Virus record (IMG/VR): IMGVR_UViG_3300045988_071833
Source: a virus
Strand: one strand, 5' to 3'
DNA: 40,395 nucleotides
The translations under genes and the position numbers were made by a program. The notes under the pieces are model-generated. The model made no database searches and had not been told where the DNA came from. It worked only from the letters and a program-made list of their open reading frames with translations. The first letter of the stretch is position 1, and the number at the start of each line of letters is the position of its first letter. This document shows, piece after piece, positions 39,787 to 40,395 of this stretch.

Positions 39787-40395
39787 ATTACAAAGGTATG
39801 GACGCAAACATGCGGTGCAGAGGCGCCCAGTATGAGGTCGGGAAAGAATATGAGACAGATAAAGCTGTAGCGTGCGAAAGAGGATTTCACGCGTGCGAAT
39901 ATCCGCTCGATGTTTTTAACTATTATCCCCCGGCGACAAGCCGATATTTTATCGTCGAGCAAGGAGGGGCGCTCAGCAAATCTGGTGGTGATACAAAAGT
40001 TGCATCGACAAAGATTAAGATTGCGGCAGAAATAGGCATTGCAGAATTGGTAAAAGCATCCGTTAAATATACAAAGGCACGTGCCAAAGAAGAGCCCGGA
40101 GGCCACGCTACGGGCAAACGGGGCGCTGCGTCTGCTACGGGCGACTTTGGCGCTGCGTCTGCTACGGGAGACCAGGGCGCTGCATCTGCTACGGGAGACC
40201 AGGGCGCTGCATCTGCTACGGGAGACCAGGGCGCTGCGTCTGCTACGGGCGACTTTGGCGCTGCGTCTGCTACGGGCGACTTTGGCGCTGCGTCTGCTAC
40301 GGGCTACCAGGGCGCTGCATCTGCTACGGGCGACTTTGGCGCTGCGTCTGCTACGGGCAACTTTGGCGCTGCGTCTGCTACGGGCTACCAGGGCG
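39783..40395 (+). CDS. N-terminal part of the nonapeptide-repeat (beta-helix-like) protein; runs off the window end and continues at 1..296
   Basis: ATGA overlap with the SLT gene. [50 protein letters not shown], then (G)AASATGxxG x ~11. Confidence 0.8.
   Translation, partial: [204 protein letters not shown]
40102..40395. repeat. 27-bp in-frame tandem repeat, ~11 copies here (about 12-13 in the closed circle)
   Basis: gcgtctgctacgggcgactttggcgct and variants (gaccag, taccag, aacttt). Confidence 0.9.

Noticed and set aside
1-40395. Diversity-generating retroelement, retron or transposon accounting for the repeats
   Set aside because: No reverse transcriptase, transposase or template/variable repeat pair was found anywhere in the six-frame track.

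Overview
The window is essentially one complete, circularly permuted genome of a temperate siphovirus-type tailed phage or excised prophage, about 40.3 kb once the 51-bp end overlap is removed. The host looks like a moderately high-GC Firmicute (Clostridia-like: strong GGAGG ribosome-binding sites, GTG/TTG starts, many ATGA-coupled genes). The first and last ORFs are two halves of one tandem-repeat gene. Plus-strand order runs as follows. (1) Early, recombination and replication module (38004 -> wrap -> 9492): TM-anchored lytic transglycosylase, two beta-helix-like repeat proteins, wHTH, Erf, NinB-like, HNH-motif protein, SSB, DnaD-like replisome organiser, DnaB, RusA, radical SAM, DUF551. (2) A minus-strand four-gene insert under a perfect consensus promoter (9537-10816). 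(3) An HTH gene. (4) A ~580-nt ORF-free structured region with an embedded tRNA-like cloverleaf (11091-11672). (5) Packaging and head: TerS, TerL, SPP1-type portal, Mu F-like protein, gp10-like protein, a hicAB moron on the minus strand, scaffold, and a major capsid protein with a -1 frameshift extension. (6) Head-tail joining. (7) Tail: tube, G/GT-type chaperones, tape measure, Dit/Tal-like proteins, fibre, XkdX. (8) Lysis: NAGPA+amidase endolysin and holin, then a sigma-like HTH gene and a strong terminator. (9) A cargo block of odd low-complexity and Cys-rich proteins (29936-33406). (10) The lysogeny module: large serine integrase, a type I toxin-like locus, and an AT-rich island with a membrane HTH protein, a secreted protein, a CI-like repressor and an HNH-like protein. 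(11) A palindromic divergent-promoter switch at ~37.9 kb. No rRNA, CRISPR array, transposase or reverse transcriptase was seen. All functional calls come from motif recognition by eye; no searches were run.
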